The position numbers and the translations under genes were made by a program. Below, piece by piece: positions 12,527 through 24,094 of a DNA stretch of 64,000 nucleotides (positions within the stretch are counted from its first letter, which is position 1; each line of letters begins with the position of its first letter). Origin of the DNA: an uncultured Gemmatimonadales bacterium (lineage in GTDB: Bacteria > Gemmatimonadota > Gemmatimonadetes > Gemmatimonadales > Gemmatimonadaceae); the NCBI GenBank assembly GCA_963850905.1, contig CAWKMU010000003.1, positions 928,001 to 992,000 on the forward strand, read 5' to 3'. The notes beneath the pieces were generated by a model. It was not told where the DNA came from. It saw nothing but the letters and a program-made list of their open reading frames with translations, and did not search any database.

Positions 12527-13405
12527 CTAGACGTTGGACGCCCGTGCTGGGGCCGACGTGCCCGTCAGCTCCTTGCTCATGACCTCGAGGTCATAGCCGT
12601 CCCGGCGAATCCGCAAATCGTAGTACAACAGCGTCACGAACACGGTGTAGACCGGATACACGAACACGTTAATGGTGCCGGTGAGGATGGTGTACGCGGT
12701 CATGAGACCGGGATACTGCACCGTCAGCGCGGCGCCCAGTCCCAACAGCAGGGCGAAGAGCGCGGCGAAGATAAAGAACACCAGTACGAACACCCCCATG
12801 ATGCGCCAGACCGCCCCCTCGGTCAGCGCCATCGACCGCGAGAAGGCATTACCTACGGTCGTGCCCTCCAACACAATCACCATGGGAACGGCGAAAATGC
12901 GCGCATATGTCGAGAGGAACCCCAGGACAACGCCCGCGAGCCCTACGGCGCCTCCCGCGATCGTAGCGGCCCCGCCAACGCGTCCGCCCATCGTCGCGGT
13001 CATACCGGTAGCGAGGAACGCGAACACCATGACCAGGACCAGCATGACGGCGAAAACGGTGATGATCGTGGCGAACGTGCCGCCGAGAATCGGCAGCAGG
13101 CGCGCGAGGACCCGCCGTATCGCGTACAGCACATCGACCCGGTCGTGCACATAGCTGTCCGACACGCCAACCGTTACAGCCGCCGTGCTGAGGAGAGCAA
13201 GAATGGCGACGACGAAGAAGGCAGCGAAGTAGCCGGGCGACGGCATGGTCGCGCGTTGCGGCGCCATCGCCGTTACCTCGAGGACGATCACGGGAATCAG
13301 AAACACGGCCGCGATCGACACGAATTGGAGGTAGTGCCGGCGCAGCAACTGAAACGCCGCATCGACGAGCTCCGTTGCCGTGCGGGGTCGAAGGACAGTC
13401 GGCAT
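12527..13405 (-). CDS. Integral membrane protein (glycerophosphodiester phosphodiesterase membrane-domain-like)
   Basis: LRPR..ELVDAAF N-terminus, TLLYYDLRIRRDGYDL C-terminus, several TM segments. Confidence 0.75.
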   Translation of the reverse strand: MPTVLRPRTATELVDAAFQLLRRHYLQFVSIAAVFLIPVIVLEVTAMAPQRATMPSPGYFAAFFVVAILALLSTAAVTVGVSDSYVHDRVDVLYAIRRVLARLLPILGGTFATIITVFAVMLVLVMVFAFLATGMTATMGGRVGGAATIAGGAVGLAGVVLGFLSTYARIFAVPMVIVLEGTTVGNAFSRSMALTEGAVWRIMGVFVLVFFIFAALFALLLGLGAALTVQYPGLMTAYTILTGTINVFVYPVYTVFVTLLYYDLRIRRDGYDLEVMSKELTGTSAPARASNV

Positions 13406-13549
13406 GACTCTCGTATCCCATCTGTGAAAGGCCGGCGCTAATACTAGCAGACTCGCGCGTGAGCGTGCGGGAACGGCAAGAAGCCGTCTGTTATCTAACT
13501 TCCCCTATCCCCCTGGTGACGCACTCCGTCTTCCTTCGTCTCGAGCCCC

Positions 13550-14539
13550 TTGCCGCCCTACCGCCCTTCCTGGTGGCTTCCCAATCGACATGCCCGCACG
13601 CTCTGGCCGCGGTTCGTCCGGCGCATCCCCGCAGTGGCTACGCGGACCGAGCAATGGGACACGCCGGACGGCGATGTGGTGGAAGTCCATCGGCTGACCG
13701 CGCACTCGCCCGAGGCGCCGCAGCTAGTCGTGCTCCACGGTCTTGAAGGGACTGCGCGGTCGCACTATGCCAGGGGTGCACTGGCTGAGGCGCGCCGACG
13801 TGGTTGGGGCGCGTACTTGCTGTTGTTCCGCTCGTGTGGCGATGCGCCGAACCGAACGCGCCAATTCTACCACTCGGGTGAGACGGGAGACCTGGGGTTC
13901 GTCGTCGAACGTGTCTTGGCAAATCATCCCCGGGCGCCGATAGTGCTGGTGGGCTACTCACTCGGCGGCAATGTCCTCCTCAAGTGGCTCGGCGAGCAGG
14001 GAGATGCCGCATCACCGCGCATTCGTGGAGCCGCTGCCGTGTCGGTGCCGTTCGATCTGGCGCGCGGATCCCGACACATCCAGCGCGGGTTCGCGCGGGT
14101 CTACCAAGCGCATTTTCTCCGCTCGCTGAAGCGGAAAACCTTCGAGAAGTTGTCGCGGTTTCCCGACATTGCCGACCCCGCACGCGTCGCCGGCGTGCGG
14201 ACATTGTACGATTTCGATGACCTGGTGACCGGGCCGTTGCATGGGTTCGCTGGAGCGGACGACTACTACGCGCGATCGAGCGCGCTGAGATTCCTGTCGC
14301 GAATTCGCGTGCCGACGCTGCTCCTGAGTGCCTTCGACGATCCCTTTCTCCCTGCGGCGGTGCTTGATGAAGTCCGCGCCATTGCAGAGCGGACACCAGC
14401 CCTCATGGTGGAATTCGTCTCGCGGGGCGGCCACGTGGGATTCATCAGCGGTCCGCCGTGGCGGCCGTTCTACTGGGGGGAGTGGGTGGTTGGCGAGTTT
14501 CTGGAGGAGAGTGTGAGAACGATAGACGCTGGACGCTGA
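13550..14539 (+). CDS. YheT family alpha/beta hydrolase
   Basis: LHGLEG, YHSGET, GYSLGG nucleophile elbow, DDPF, GGHVGF. Confidence 0.88.
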   Translation: MPPYRPSWWLPNRHARTLWPRFVRRIPAVATRTEQWDTPDGDVVEVHRLTAHSPEAPQLVVLHGLEGTARSHYARGALAEARRRGWGAYLLLFRSCGDAPNRTRQFYHSGETGDLGFVVERVLANHPRAPIVLVGYSLGGNVLLKWLGEQGDAASPRIRGAAAVSVPFDLARGSRHIQRGFARVYQAHFLRSLKRKTFEKLSRFPDIADPARVAGVRTLYDFDDLVTGPLHGFAGADDYYARSSALRFLSRIRVPTLLLSAFDDPFLPAAVLDEVRAIAERTPALMVEFVSRGGHVGFISGPPWRPFYWGEWVVGEFLEESVRTIDAGR

Positions 14540-14619
14540 CGCTGGAGACAAACCTTGAGTGCAGGCTAGTGCACAGTGGCAGGACCTGGAGGGTTGTTCT
14601 CCAGCGTCTAGCGTCTAGC
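14523..14619. repeat. Heptamer-armed inverted-repeat element (TAGACGC arms, ACAAACC core)
   Basis: TAGACGCTGGACGCTGACGCTGGAG-ACAAACC...GTTGT-TCTCCAGCGTCTAGCGTCTA. Confidence 0.8.
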
Positions 14620-15961
14620 CCCTAATCCTCACCACCGCCACGCACCCTCGCGCACCCCGCCTGTCCGCGAGCGTCAGTGTGCCGCCATGCGCCTCGGCGA
14701 TCTGGCGGCACAGGACGAGACCGATACCCGAGCCGTGCGGCTTGGTCGTGTAGAACGGCACGAACAGGTTCGCGGTCCCGGCGAGCCCCGGACCGTCGTC
14801 GACCACGCGGACCTCAGCGCCGTCATCGATTGCGGACCACGAGAGGGTGACGCCGCCACTAGTCTCCAGCGCAGCGTCGGCTGCATTGCGGACGAGGTTG
14901 ATGAGGAGCTGGTCGAGTTGATCGGCGTCCGCCGAGATGGTCAGCGGCGGACCCGGCGACAGGGCAACGCTCAGACGTGTCTCGAGTGTCGCGGTTCGGC
15001 GGACCCACGCCTCGACCTCGACTGGCGCGCGGTTTGGCGGCGGCAGCTTTGCGAGCCGCGCGTACGACGACATGAGTCGCCCCAGTGCCTCAGAGCGTGC
15101 CGCGATGACGCCGAGACCACGAGAGACATCGGCGCCCAGATCGGGCGGCGCGGGATCGCGCGCCACCAACGCACGCAGGGTTTGGGCGATGGATTGGATC
15201 GGCGCCATCGAGTTGTTGATCTCGTGGCTCAGCACACGCACGATGCGCTGCCACGCGACGAGTTGCTCCTCGCGTAGCGTTCGACTGAGATCCGTGAGGA
15301 CCAGGAGCGTGTGAGAGCGGCCGCCTTGTCGGACACGTGTGCGTCGCACGCCCCACCGGCCGCCGCCGCCAGGCCAGGTCACGTCCTCGACACGCGGCAC
15401 CTCGCCGGTCAGGACTGGCGCCAACTGCAGCGCGGCAGCCTCGCGCCCCAGAAGGCGTTCTCCCGGGAGTGCTAGCAGCCGTTCCCCCGCGCGGTTGATC
15501 AGGCGGAGCCGATCCTCCTCGTCGAAGACGAAGATCGCCACGTCGATTTCCGCCATCACCGTCCGCAAGAGAGCCGTCGCTTCCATCTCACCGAGGCGAT
15601 TGACCCGCAAGAGCTCACTGAGCATGTTCGTTTCGAGCAGTGCGAGTCCCAGTGGATCGTCCGGGCGAGCGCCAAAGACGCGAATCGTGTAGTCGCCCTC
15701 CCGCAGCGACGCGACAGCGTTGGCGAGAGTCTGGAGCGGGCGCACGACCGTCGACCGCACGAGCCACGCGCCGCCGATCCAGCATGCGCCGAGCGCCCCG
15801 AGTGTCACCCAGCGTACCGCGGGCGCGACCCCCGCTCGCTGTAATGCGATTGCCACGACGACCATGCTCGGCAGCGCGGGCACGAGCGCCAGTGCGACGA
15901 CGCGCTGCTCATGGCGCACCCGATCCCAGAGCCGCAGGCGTGGGCTGTCCGTCTCGTTCAT
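14615..15961 (-). CDS. Sensor histidine kinase (2 TM, HAMP/PAS-like, HATPase)
   Basis: VLSHEINNS H-box, NLVRNA, DDGPG, FYTTKPHGSGIGL. Confidence 0.9.
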   Translation of the reverse strand: MNETDSPRLRLWDRVRHEQRVVALALVPALPSMVVVAIALQRAGVAPAVRWVTLGALGACWIGGAWLVRSTVVRPLQTLANAVASLREGDYTIRVFGARPDDPLGLALLETNMLSELLRVNRLGEMEATALLRTVMAEIDVAIFVFDEEDRLRLINRAGERLLALPGERLLGREAAALQLAPVLTGEVPRVEDVTWPGGGGRWGVRRTRVRQGGRSHTLLVLTDLSRTLREEQLVAWQRIVRVLSHEINNSMAPIQSIAQTLRALVARDPAPPDLGADVSRGLGVIAARSEALGRLMSSYARLAKLPPPNRAPVEVEAWVRRTATLETRLSVALSPGPPLTISADADQLDQLLINLVRNAADAALETSGGVTLSWSAIDDGAEVRVVDDGPGLAGTANLFVPFYTTKPHGSGIGLVLCRQIAEAHGGTLTLADRRGARGCVAVVRIRG

Positions 15962-16008
15962 GACGCCCGATCGCTATTGGTCACAAAGGAGAAGGTAGTG
16001 CGGAGCAG

Positions 16009-16034
16009 GAACGGCGGGGTCACCCCCGCCGTTC
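16009..16034. terminator. GC-rich hairpin between regulator and kinase genes
   Basis: GAACGGCGGGG-TCAC-CCCCGCCGTTC inverted repeat; no adjacent U-tract. Confidence 0.45.
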
Positions 16035-16041
16035 GGCCCGT

Positions 16042-17417
16042 TCAAGTCTGATTGGTACCCTCGAGACGGCGATACAGCGCGCTGCGACTCAGACCGAGGG
16101 CCTTGGCAGCCTGACTGACGTTGCCGCCAAACCGCGCCAGCGCGCGCTCGATGATCGCACGCTCGGCTTCAGCGAGCGTGAGGTCTTCGAGACGGGCTGG
16201 AGGCCCCGGAGGCCGGAGACCCAAGTCACCCGCTCGCACGGTTGCGCCCTGCGCCAACAACACGCCGCGCTCCACTGCGTGATCGAGCTCCCGGACGTTG
16301 CCGGGCCAGCTGTGGGTGAGCAGGGCCTGTGCGGCGCCTGCCTCGAGGGTGAGGCCTCGCCGTCCGTAGCGCAACGCATGCCGCTCGAGGAAGTGGCGGG
16401 CGAGGGGCAGAATGTCCTCGCGCCGATCCCGCAGCGGCGGCAGTGGGATCTCGATGGTGTTGATGCGGAAGAGCAGATCTTCGCGGAACCGACCGCCGAC
16501 GACTTCGTCGCGGAGGTCGGCGTTAGTGGCCGCAAGGATGCGCACGTCCACACGCTTCATGCGCGACGATCCGACGCGTTCGACCTCGCGCGTCTGCAGC
16601 ACGCGCAGCAGCTTCGCTTGTTGCGAGAGCGAGATGTTGGCGATCTCGTCCAGGAAGAGCGAGCCGCCATCGGCCAGCTCGAAACGTCCGGCGCGGTCGG
16701 TCTTGGCGTCGGTGAATGCGCCGCGCACGTGGCCGAAGAGCTCACTCTCGAAGAGGCCTTCCGAAAGTCCGCCGAGGTTGACTGCGGTGAACGGCTTGGG
16801 CGCCCGTACGGACGCGGCGTGCAGCCACTGCGCGACCAGCTCCTTGCCAGTCCCGTGCTCGCCGGTGATCAGGACGTTGGCGTCCGACGGGCCGATGCGG
16901 GCCATGAGATCGAGCACCGGCCGCATGCGCGGCGACTCCGCGATCAGGAGCGGCCGGCCGGACGTCCCTTGCAAGCGTATCGATCTCGGTCTGCAGCTGC
17001 CGGCCCAGCACGCAGCGCCCGGCCCATCTCGATCTGCCGGCGCAGGGTGAGCAACAGTCGCGTGTTGTCCCACGGCTTCTCGACATAGTCGTACGCCCCA
17101 CGCCGCATCGCCTCGACGGCGCCGTCGACGCTGCCCCACGCCGTCATGACCGAAACGGGCAAGGTCGCATCGATCGCCCGAATCCGGGCGAGCAGGTCGA
17201 GCCCCTCCTGACCCGAGGTCGTGTCGCGCGCGTAGTTCAGATCGATGAGCGCGGCGTCGAAATCATGGTGCTGCACGGCGAGCAGGATTCCGGCCGGCGA
17301 GAGCGCCGTCTCGACGTCGTAGCCCTCGCCTTTGAGCAGGAGCTGCAGCGCCTCGAGGATGTCGGGCTGATCGTCCGCGACGAGAATCCGCGCTAGCCGC
17401 GTCATCGTCGTCGTCAT
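16042..17417 (-). pseudogene. NtrC-family sigma-54-dependent response regulator with two apparent +1 frameshifts (~17009, ~16975)
   Basis: Receiver (ILVADDQ, LIDLNY, EKPW) in ORF 16944-17417; AAA+ (GEHGTGKE, GAFTDA, WPGNVREL) and HTH in ORF 16042-17139; linker LGRQLQTEIDTL in third frame. Confidence 0.85.
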
Positions 17418-17598
17418 GGCGTTGGCGTCATTGGAAGTGTCGCGGTCATAGTCTGTCTACCTGTGCTGCTGTATGTCTACGTCTACGCCTGCTTCGCACT
17501 GTCTCGGGCGCGGCAGCGCGCGCGGCGCCATGCGTCGCCCGGCGTTGGCGTCGCCAAAATGTTCGACTTCGCGCCGCCGTTGCGTCGCGCGCACATGA

Positions 17599-20089
17599 TC
17601 ATTGGCCCCGTAGCGCGATGACGGGATCCACGCTGCCAGCGCGCCGCGCGGGGAGATAGCTGGCGAGCGCTGCCACCGTGCCTAGCAATAACGTGACTGC
17701 CGATGAACGTGACGGGGTCCAGCGGCGCTATGCCAAAGAGCAACGAGCGCATCGCCCTGGCGAGAATGACGGCTCCGGCGACGCCAATCACCACTCCAAT
17801 CGTCGCGAGTCCCAGCGCGTTCTGGACGATGAGGTGTACGATCTGGCGACGCTGTGCCCCGAGCGCCACGCGGATCCCAATTTCAGGCACGCGCTGTGAG
17901 ACCATGTATGCCAGGACGCCATACAGTCCAATGGAAGCAAGGAGCAGCGCCACCATCGAAAAGCTCCCCAGCACCGAGGTGGTGAATCGCTGGCGCGCAG
18001 TCTGGTCAGCCAGATCCTGCTGGGCAGTGACCATACCGGTGACCGTGACGTCGGGGTCGGCCGCTGCCACCGCTCGACGAATCGCCGGGATGAGAGCGGC
18101 TGGAGGCCCTGCGGTGCGGAGGATCACGTCTGCGGCGCCCCAAACCGGTCGTGTGTACGGCATGTAGATGAGCGGATCGGGTTGGTCGCTGGTCAGATTG
18201 CGTCTCACGTCGCCGACGATGCCAATGACCCTCACCGCGATTGGCTTTTGAAAATCGGGGTCGTATACGGAGCCGTTCAACACGGTGAGCGGATGGTCGA
18301 TCGGATCGGTGCCATCCGGCCAATAGCGGCGCGCCATGGCGCGCGTGATGACCGCGACTGCGGCGTCCGGGGTCATGTCCGCATCGGTGAAATCCCGTCC
18401 GCGTAGCAGCGGGATGTGCATCGTGGCGAAGTACCGCGGCGTGACCGTGACATACCCAACGCCCACGGTATCAGCGGCCGGATCCCTGCCATCGACCCCA
18501 ACCGAGGAGGGGACACCTGCGGGGCCGATCGGCGCGTGGTTCACCAACGCGCCGCCCACCACCCCAGGAACTCTCGCAGCAGCCAGTTCGCGCTTGAACC
18601 GCTCAAAGCGCTTGACCGGGTCCGCCATCTCGGGCGTTCGAGCGCCGCCCATACGCCAAACAACGAGATGGCCCGGATCGAATCCGACGTCGACGTGTCG
18701 GAGATTGCTGAAGCTCCGAACCAGCAGCCCGGCACCGACGATCAAGACCATCGAGATGGCCAGCTGACCTACGACGATGCCGCCTCGCAGACGAAGTCCC
18801 CGTGTCGTGCCGCTCGTCCCCCGACCCCCACTCTTGAGCGTGCCGACGAGTTGGGTCGGCCGCAGTGTCAGGAGAGGCACGAGGCCGCAAAGAATGACAG
18901 ACGTGACTGCGGCGACGACCGCGACCATGATGGCTGGATTGTCGACGGTTATTTCGTCCAAGCGAGGTATGTCACCGGGCGAGGTCGCGATGAACAGCCG
19001 AACGGCGGCGAACGCGACGGCGATACCGATGCCGGTTGCGACTGTCGCGATAATCACGCTCTCGGCGAGCAGGTAACGCATCAATCGCCCGTAGCCCGCC
19101 CCCATCGCGGTCCGGACTCCAAGCTCACGCGACCGCGCCAGCCCGCGTACGAGCGACAAGTTCGCGACGTCACTCGTGGCGAGGAGGAATATCAGCAATA
19201 CCGCACCGGCGAGTACGCCGAGCGCTGGTCGGACGTCGCCGACCACTGCATCGCGCATCGACGTCACGTTCCCCACAAGTCCCGAATCGGATGCGGGGTA
19301 CGCCGCCGCTAAACGAGCGGCGACCACGGTGAGACGGCGTCGTGCCTCCTCGATCGTCACGCCGGGGGGCAACCGCGCGATCGTGCGGGAATCAGCATGG
19401 TTCCCGCGTTTTTGGAGCGCACCCTGCATGTGCGCCACGGTGTTGAGCGGCAGATACACGTCCGAGCGTAGCCCTGGCAGCCACTCCGGGTATGCTTGCC
19501 CGCGATCGAGAACGCCCACTATGGAATAACTGCCAACATCGGAGTCGAGGCTGCGCCCTATGACATGCGTGTCGCTTCCGAAATTCGATGTCCACTCGCC
19601 ATAGCTCAGGACAGCGACCGGCTCAGCGCCCGGAACGAAGTCTCCCGCGACAAGCGTGCGCCCGAGAACCGGTCGCGCTCGCAACAGCGGGAAGAAATCC
19701 TCAGTGACCATCGCCGCAAGCAGTTGGAACGCACCATCGTGACGGCGCACCATCACCGGGCCACCGGTCTCGAAGGCCATGCCGGCGAAGGCACCGCTTT
19801 GCTCACGAAAGTCGACAAAGTCGGGGTACGACGGTGGGATCTTGTCGAATTGCGGCGCCGCGGACCATACGTTCACGAGCTGTGCGGGTCCGGCGTACGG
19901 CAGTGGCTTGAGCAATACGTTCCCGACGACGCTGTACGCGGCCGTAGTCGCCCCAATGCCCAGGGCGAGCGTCAGGATTGCCGTGACCGTATAGATCGGC
20001 GCGCGCGCCAGCGCCCGCACGGCGTGACGAAGGTCTGCCCCAATGCCGTCGCCCAGGCGACGCGCGGACCTTCGCGCGCCGGACACCAT
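17599..20089 (-). CDS. ADOP-type duplicated MacB/FtsX ABC permease, apparent frameshift near 17700
   Basis: LALGIGATTA, DVANL, VSQRVPEIGIRVALGA; canonical end SYLPARRAGSVDPVIALRGQ* is in another frame (stop at 17599); ATG overlaps upstream TGA. Confidence 0.85.
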
Positions 20090-20841
20090 CAGGTCATCCA
20101 CCCGTCACGCAGCTGTACGATGCGCTTGCCCACCGCGGCGTTTTCTTCCGAGTGAGTCACCTGGACGATGGTCGTCCCCTTGGCGTTGAGATCGCGGAAC
20201 ATGGTCATGATCTCGCGCCCCTGACTCGAGTGCAGATTGCCCGTCGGCTCATCGGCCAGAATCACGGCGGGTCGCGCAATCACAGCGCGCGCGATGCCGA
20301 CGAGTTGCTGTTGCCCACCCGAGAGCTGTCGAGGATACAGGTCTTTCTTCCCGACGATGCCAAATCGATCGAGCGCGTCCGCGACCAGTGCCTGGCGCTC
20401 CGCCTTGGGGACATCGCGATACGACAGCGGCACCTCGAGGTTCTCTGCCACCGTGAGCTCGTCCAGCAGATGGTACTGCTGGAAGACGAAGCCAATGTGC
20501 CGGCGACCGAGTGCGATCCGGCCCTTGTGGGGCAGGCGATGCACTGCCTGGCCGGCGAGTGTGTATTCACCGGTCCAGCCGCTGTCGAGCATGCCGAGCA
20601 CGTTGAGCAGCGTGGACTTCCCCGCGCCCGACGGACCCATGATCGAGACGAAGTCGCCGAGCGCAATGTCGAGCGTGATGTTGCGGAGTACGTACGTCCG
20701 CGTGCCCCCGGCTTCGTAAAACCGCTCGAGGTTCCGCATCGAGACGAGCGGACCATCGGTGACGAGCGGCGCGGCAGCCGGGCCGACGCCGACGGCGCCC
20801 TCCGGCACCTCGCGGGTTGCAGTTCGGCGGGAAAAAATCAT
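20089..20841 (-). CDS. ABC transporter ATP-binding protein (LolD/MacB-like)
   Basis: [26 protein letters not shown]. Confidence 0.92.
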   Translation of the reverse strand: MIFSRRTATREVPEGAVGVGPAAAPLVTDGPLVSMRNLERFYEAGGTRTYVLRNITLDIALGDFVSIMGPSGAGKSTLLNVLGMLDSGWTGEYTLAGQAVHRLPHKGRIALGRRHIGFVFQQYHLLDELTVAENLEVPLSYRDVPKAERQALVADALDRFGIVGKKDLYPRQLSGGQQQLVGIARAVIARPAVILADEPTGNLHSSQGREIMTMFRDLNAKGTTIVQVTHSEENAAVGKRIVQLRDGWMT

Positions 20842-23309
20842 TCGGTCCTCAGCGTCGTGACAGGATCGACGCGGGCCGCGCGCCGGGCGGGAACGTAGCA
20901 GGCAACCACAGACACCAGGGTCAGGAGGACCGCGACGCTCGCGAAGGTGAGCGGGTCGGTGGGACTCACGCCAAACAGCTGGCTCGCAACGAACCGTGTG
21001 ACGATGAATGCGCCCGCCAATCCCACTACCCCGCCAGCGACCGCGGGCATCACGCCCTGTTTGAGCATGAGGGCGATCACATCAGTGGCGTGTGCACCAA
21101 GCGCCAGTCGAATCCCGGCCTCGCGGCTGCGCTGCGCCACGACGTAGGAAACCACGCCGTACAGGCCAACCGCCGCGAGCGCCAGCGCGACGATCCCGAA
21201 GAGCGTGAACAGCACGGCCCCGATGCGATACGGCTTGAACTGCGGATCGAGCACATCGGCGAGCGCATGCACATCAATGTACGGAAGGTTTGGCGCGAGC
21301 TCGGCCAGCGTCCTCCGTACCTGCGGAATGACCTGGTGGGGATCGCCCGACGTACGAACGATGAGTGTCGGCGGCATACCGGGATTGCGCTGCGCGTACG
21401 GCACCACGAAGTACGCGGTCGGCGGTTCCGCGAGCTCCTCATACTTACCGTCGGCCATGATGCCCACCACGTACCTGCACGACGGCCGCCCCGATCCTCC
21501 CGGCCCAGAGATGAGGAAGCACTGGCCGATGGCGTTCTGTGTTGGCCACAGCCGTCGCGCCATGGTCTCGTTGACAACGGCGACCGGGAGCGTCCCCGCG
21601 CGATCTGCTGCCGAGAGGTCGCGGCCCTGCAGGAGACGGGCGCCATCGACGCGGACGATGTCCGGCGCCGCGAAGTTTATCATGAAGGGCCGACCGTCCT
21701 GGTGAGTCGTGTCTTGTCCCGGCAGGGATACATGCAATCCCATCATGCCCTGGAACGGCGGGAGGCCGACGTAGCTGGCGCCGACCACTCCCGGCAGCGC
21801 GGACAGACGCTCGACGGCCCGGTTGTAGAACTCCGCGCGAGCCGCCGAGTCGTAACCCGCCTGGTCCAGACCAATCGTCGTTACGACGATGTGCGTGGCA
21901 TCAATCCCCAGGTCGACTGCGCGCGCGTTGCGAAGCGAACGAACGAACAACCCCGCGCCGGCGAGCACCACGAGTGACAACGCCGCTTGCAACGCGAGCA
22001 GTCCGGCCTGGAGAATCGCCGGGCGCCGGCTCAGTCGACCAGTCGCACTGGCGAGTGAACCGAGGACGCTCGCGCGAGTTGTGAGCAATGCCGGTGCGAG
22101 ACCAGCCGCCAGAGCCGTGACAAGAGCGATCGCGCCTGTAAACGCGAGTGCGAAAAGATCGAGGCCGGCTGCCGGCAATGAAAGCAGCTTGACACTTCCC
22201 GCTCCCAACACGCTGAGCACCGCCCCCAGCACGGCGCCGACCGATGCGAGCAGGAAGCTCTCGATCAGGAGTTGCCGAACGAGCTGCGATCGGCGCGCGC
22301 CGAGCGACAGACGGACGGCGAACTCGCGCTCGCGGCTCGCGCCACGAGCGAGCAGGAGGTTTGCGACGTTCGCGCACGCAATGAGAAGAACAAAGGCAAC
22401 CGCACCAGAGACCCAGAGTGCAATGGTCGCAGACGGACCGCGCTGCGGTCCCAACGCAGCCAGCAACGGCGCCGCGATCACACGCACATTCGGGTCGAGA
22501 TCGCGAGCAGCGACCGCGTCCACCCGGCGTTTGATCCCGGTTGCCTCGAGCTCCGCGTCATGAGCCGCGACGCCCGGTGCCAGCCGAGCCACGAAGCTCA
22601 GCCAGATCGCGTGGCGCTCCGGCAAGATCTCCGGGCCGAAAAAGCCGTGTATCTGGGCGAACGGTAACCACACCTCGACCGGGTTGAGGTCGAAGCCCGA
22701 AAAGCCCCGCTGCGTTACGCCGACGATAGTGTAGGGACGCGCATCGAGCTGGATGGCTCGGCCGATAACCCGCGGGTCGCCGCCAAAATCGCGCTGCCAG
22801 CACCCGTAACTGATGACAGCGACCGGGTGTGCACCGGCGATGCTGTCCTCGTCGGCCAGGAAGAAGCGCCCGAGCTCCGGACGAGTACCGAGGATGCCGA
22901 AGTACCCCGCGGTGACGTACTGGCCGTCCCACTGGCGCGCCGTGGGCCCGACACCAAAACTGAACTCACCGGCGGTGTACGCCGCGACGTCCTTGAGCGT
23001 GCGCTTGGTCGCACCGCGGAGGTCCGTGTAGTCCGGGTATGATCCCGGCGCCGCCACCGGAGACGGAGCGCCAGGCATGCGCCGCTCCAGATACAATCGG
23101 ACGACGCGACCCGGGTCCTGAATGCCCGCTGGCGGCTTGAGAAAGAGATGCTCGGCCACGCCGAACATCGTTGTGTTCGCACCGATGCCGATCGCCAGAC
23201 ACAAAAGGGCGATCGTGGTGAACGCCGGCGCGTTGCGCAACGACCGCACTGCATACCGTACGTCGCCCCAGGCACCATCCCAGAGCGTCGACCGGTCCTT
23301 CCGGATCAT
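20838..23309 (-). CDS. ADOP-type duplicated MacB/FtsX ABC permease
   Basis: [44 protein letters not shown]. Confidence 0.92.
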   Translation of the reverse strand: MIRKDRSTLWDGAWGDVRYAVRSLRNAPAFTTIALLCLAIGIGANTTMFGVAEHLFLKPPAGIQDPGRVVRLYLERRMPGAPSPVAAPGSYPDYTDLRGATKRTLKDVAAYTAGEFSFGVGPTARQWDGQYVTAGYFGILGTRPELGRFFLADEDSIAGAHPVAVISYGCWQRDFGGDPRVIGRAIQLDARPYTIVGVTQRGFSGFDLNPVEVWLPFAQIHGFFGPEILPERHAIWLSFVARLAPGVAAHDAELEATGIKRRVDAVAARDLDPNVRVIAAPLLAALGPQRGPSATIALWVSGAVAFVLLIACANVANLLLARGASREREFAVRLSLGARRSQLVRQLLIESFLLASVGAVLGAVLSVLGAGSVKLLSLPAAGLDLFALAFTGAIALVTALAAGLAPALLTTRASVLGSLASATGRLSRRPAILQAGLLALQAALSLVVLAGAGLFVRSLRNARAVDLGIDATHIVVTTIGLDQAGYDSAARAEFYNRAVERLSALPGVVGASYVGLPPFQGMMGLHVSLPGQDTTHQDGRPFMINFAAPDIVRVDGARLLQGRDLSAADRAGTLPVAVVNETMARRLWPTQNAIGQCFLISGPGGSGRPSCRYVVGIMADGKYEELAEPPTAYFVVPYAQRNPGMPPTLIVRTSGDPHQVIPQVRRTLAELAPNLPYIDVHALADVLDPQFKPYRIGAVLFTLFGIVALALAAVGLYGVVSYVVAQRSREAGIRLALGAHATDVIALMLKQGVMPAVAGGVVGLAGAFIVTRFVASQLFGVSPTDPLTFASVAVLLTLVSVVACYVPARRAARVDPVTTLRTE

Positions 23310-24094
23310 GCGACCCCGAATCCGCTCTGTCCCAGTGTGGCGGAATCAGCTGCGCGCCGCGCGCCTTCCTCCTCCTCGACGACGCGGCCGTCGAAGAGAT
23401 GGATCGTGCGTTCCGCATGGCGGGCGAAACGCGGATCGTGCGTCACCATGCAGATCGTCGCACCGCCCTCGTGCAACTCACGGAGGAGGCCCATGACCGC
23501 CTCTCCGTTCTGCGAGTCGAGGTTTCCAGTGGGCTCGTCTGCGAGGAGGATCAACGGATCACCGGCCACGGCCCTCGCCACTGCGACGCGCTGCTGCTGA
23601 CCACCCGAGAGCTGGGCCGGGTAGTGTTTCGTGCGGTGCGCCATCCCGACACGCTCGAGCGCTTTTTGCACACGCTCCCGACGCTCTGCCGATGGCATGC
23701 CGCGATAGGTCAGCGGCAACTCGACGTTCTCGTAGACCGTGAGGTCGCCGATCAGATTGAACGCTTGAAAGATGAAACCGATCTGTCGATTGCGAACGCG
23801 CGCACGATCGGCCGCCGACAGCGTCCCGACGCCCTGACCCGCGAGTGTATACACCCCGCCGGTCGGCGTGTCGAGCAACCCGAGAATCGACAGCAGCGTC
23901 GTCTTGCCACATCCCGACGGACCGCCGATGGCGACGTATTCGCCTTCGCGGATCTCGAGATGCACCTCGTCCAATGCATGTGTCTCCATCTCGTCGGTGT
24001 AGAACACCTTGGTAATTCCGTCGAGGCGGATGAGGGGAGCGGCGCCGCTGCTCGGTGTGAGCGGCGACGGAGTCCGTGATGTTGCGGTCGTCAT
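23306..24094 (-). CDS. ABC transporter ATP-binding protein (LolD/MacB-like)
   Basis: [30 protein letters not shown] at 24094 overlaps upstream stop. Confidence 0.92.
   Translation of the reverse strand: MTTATSRTPSPLTPSSGAAPLIRLDGITKVFYTDEMETHALDEVHLEIREGEYVAIGGPSGCGKTTLLSILGLLDTPTGGVYTLAGQGVGTLSAADRARVRNRQIGFIFQAFNLIGDLTVYENVELPLTYRGMPSAERRERVQKALERVGMAHRTKHYPAQLSGGQQQRVAVARAVAGDPLILLADEPTGNLDSQNGEAVMGLLRELHEGGATICMVTHDPRFARHAERTIHLFDGRVVEEEEGARRAADSATLGQSGFGVA

Noticed and set aside
13516..13552. Possible extra frameshift extending YheT upstream to GTG 13516
   Set aside because: TTG 13550 already precedes the first conserved motif; no evidence for more sequence
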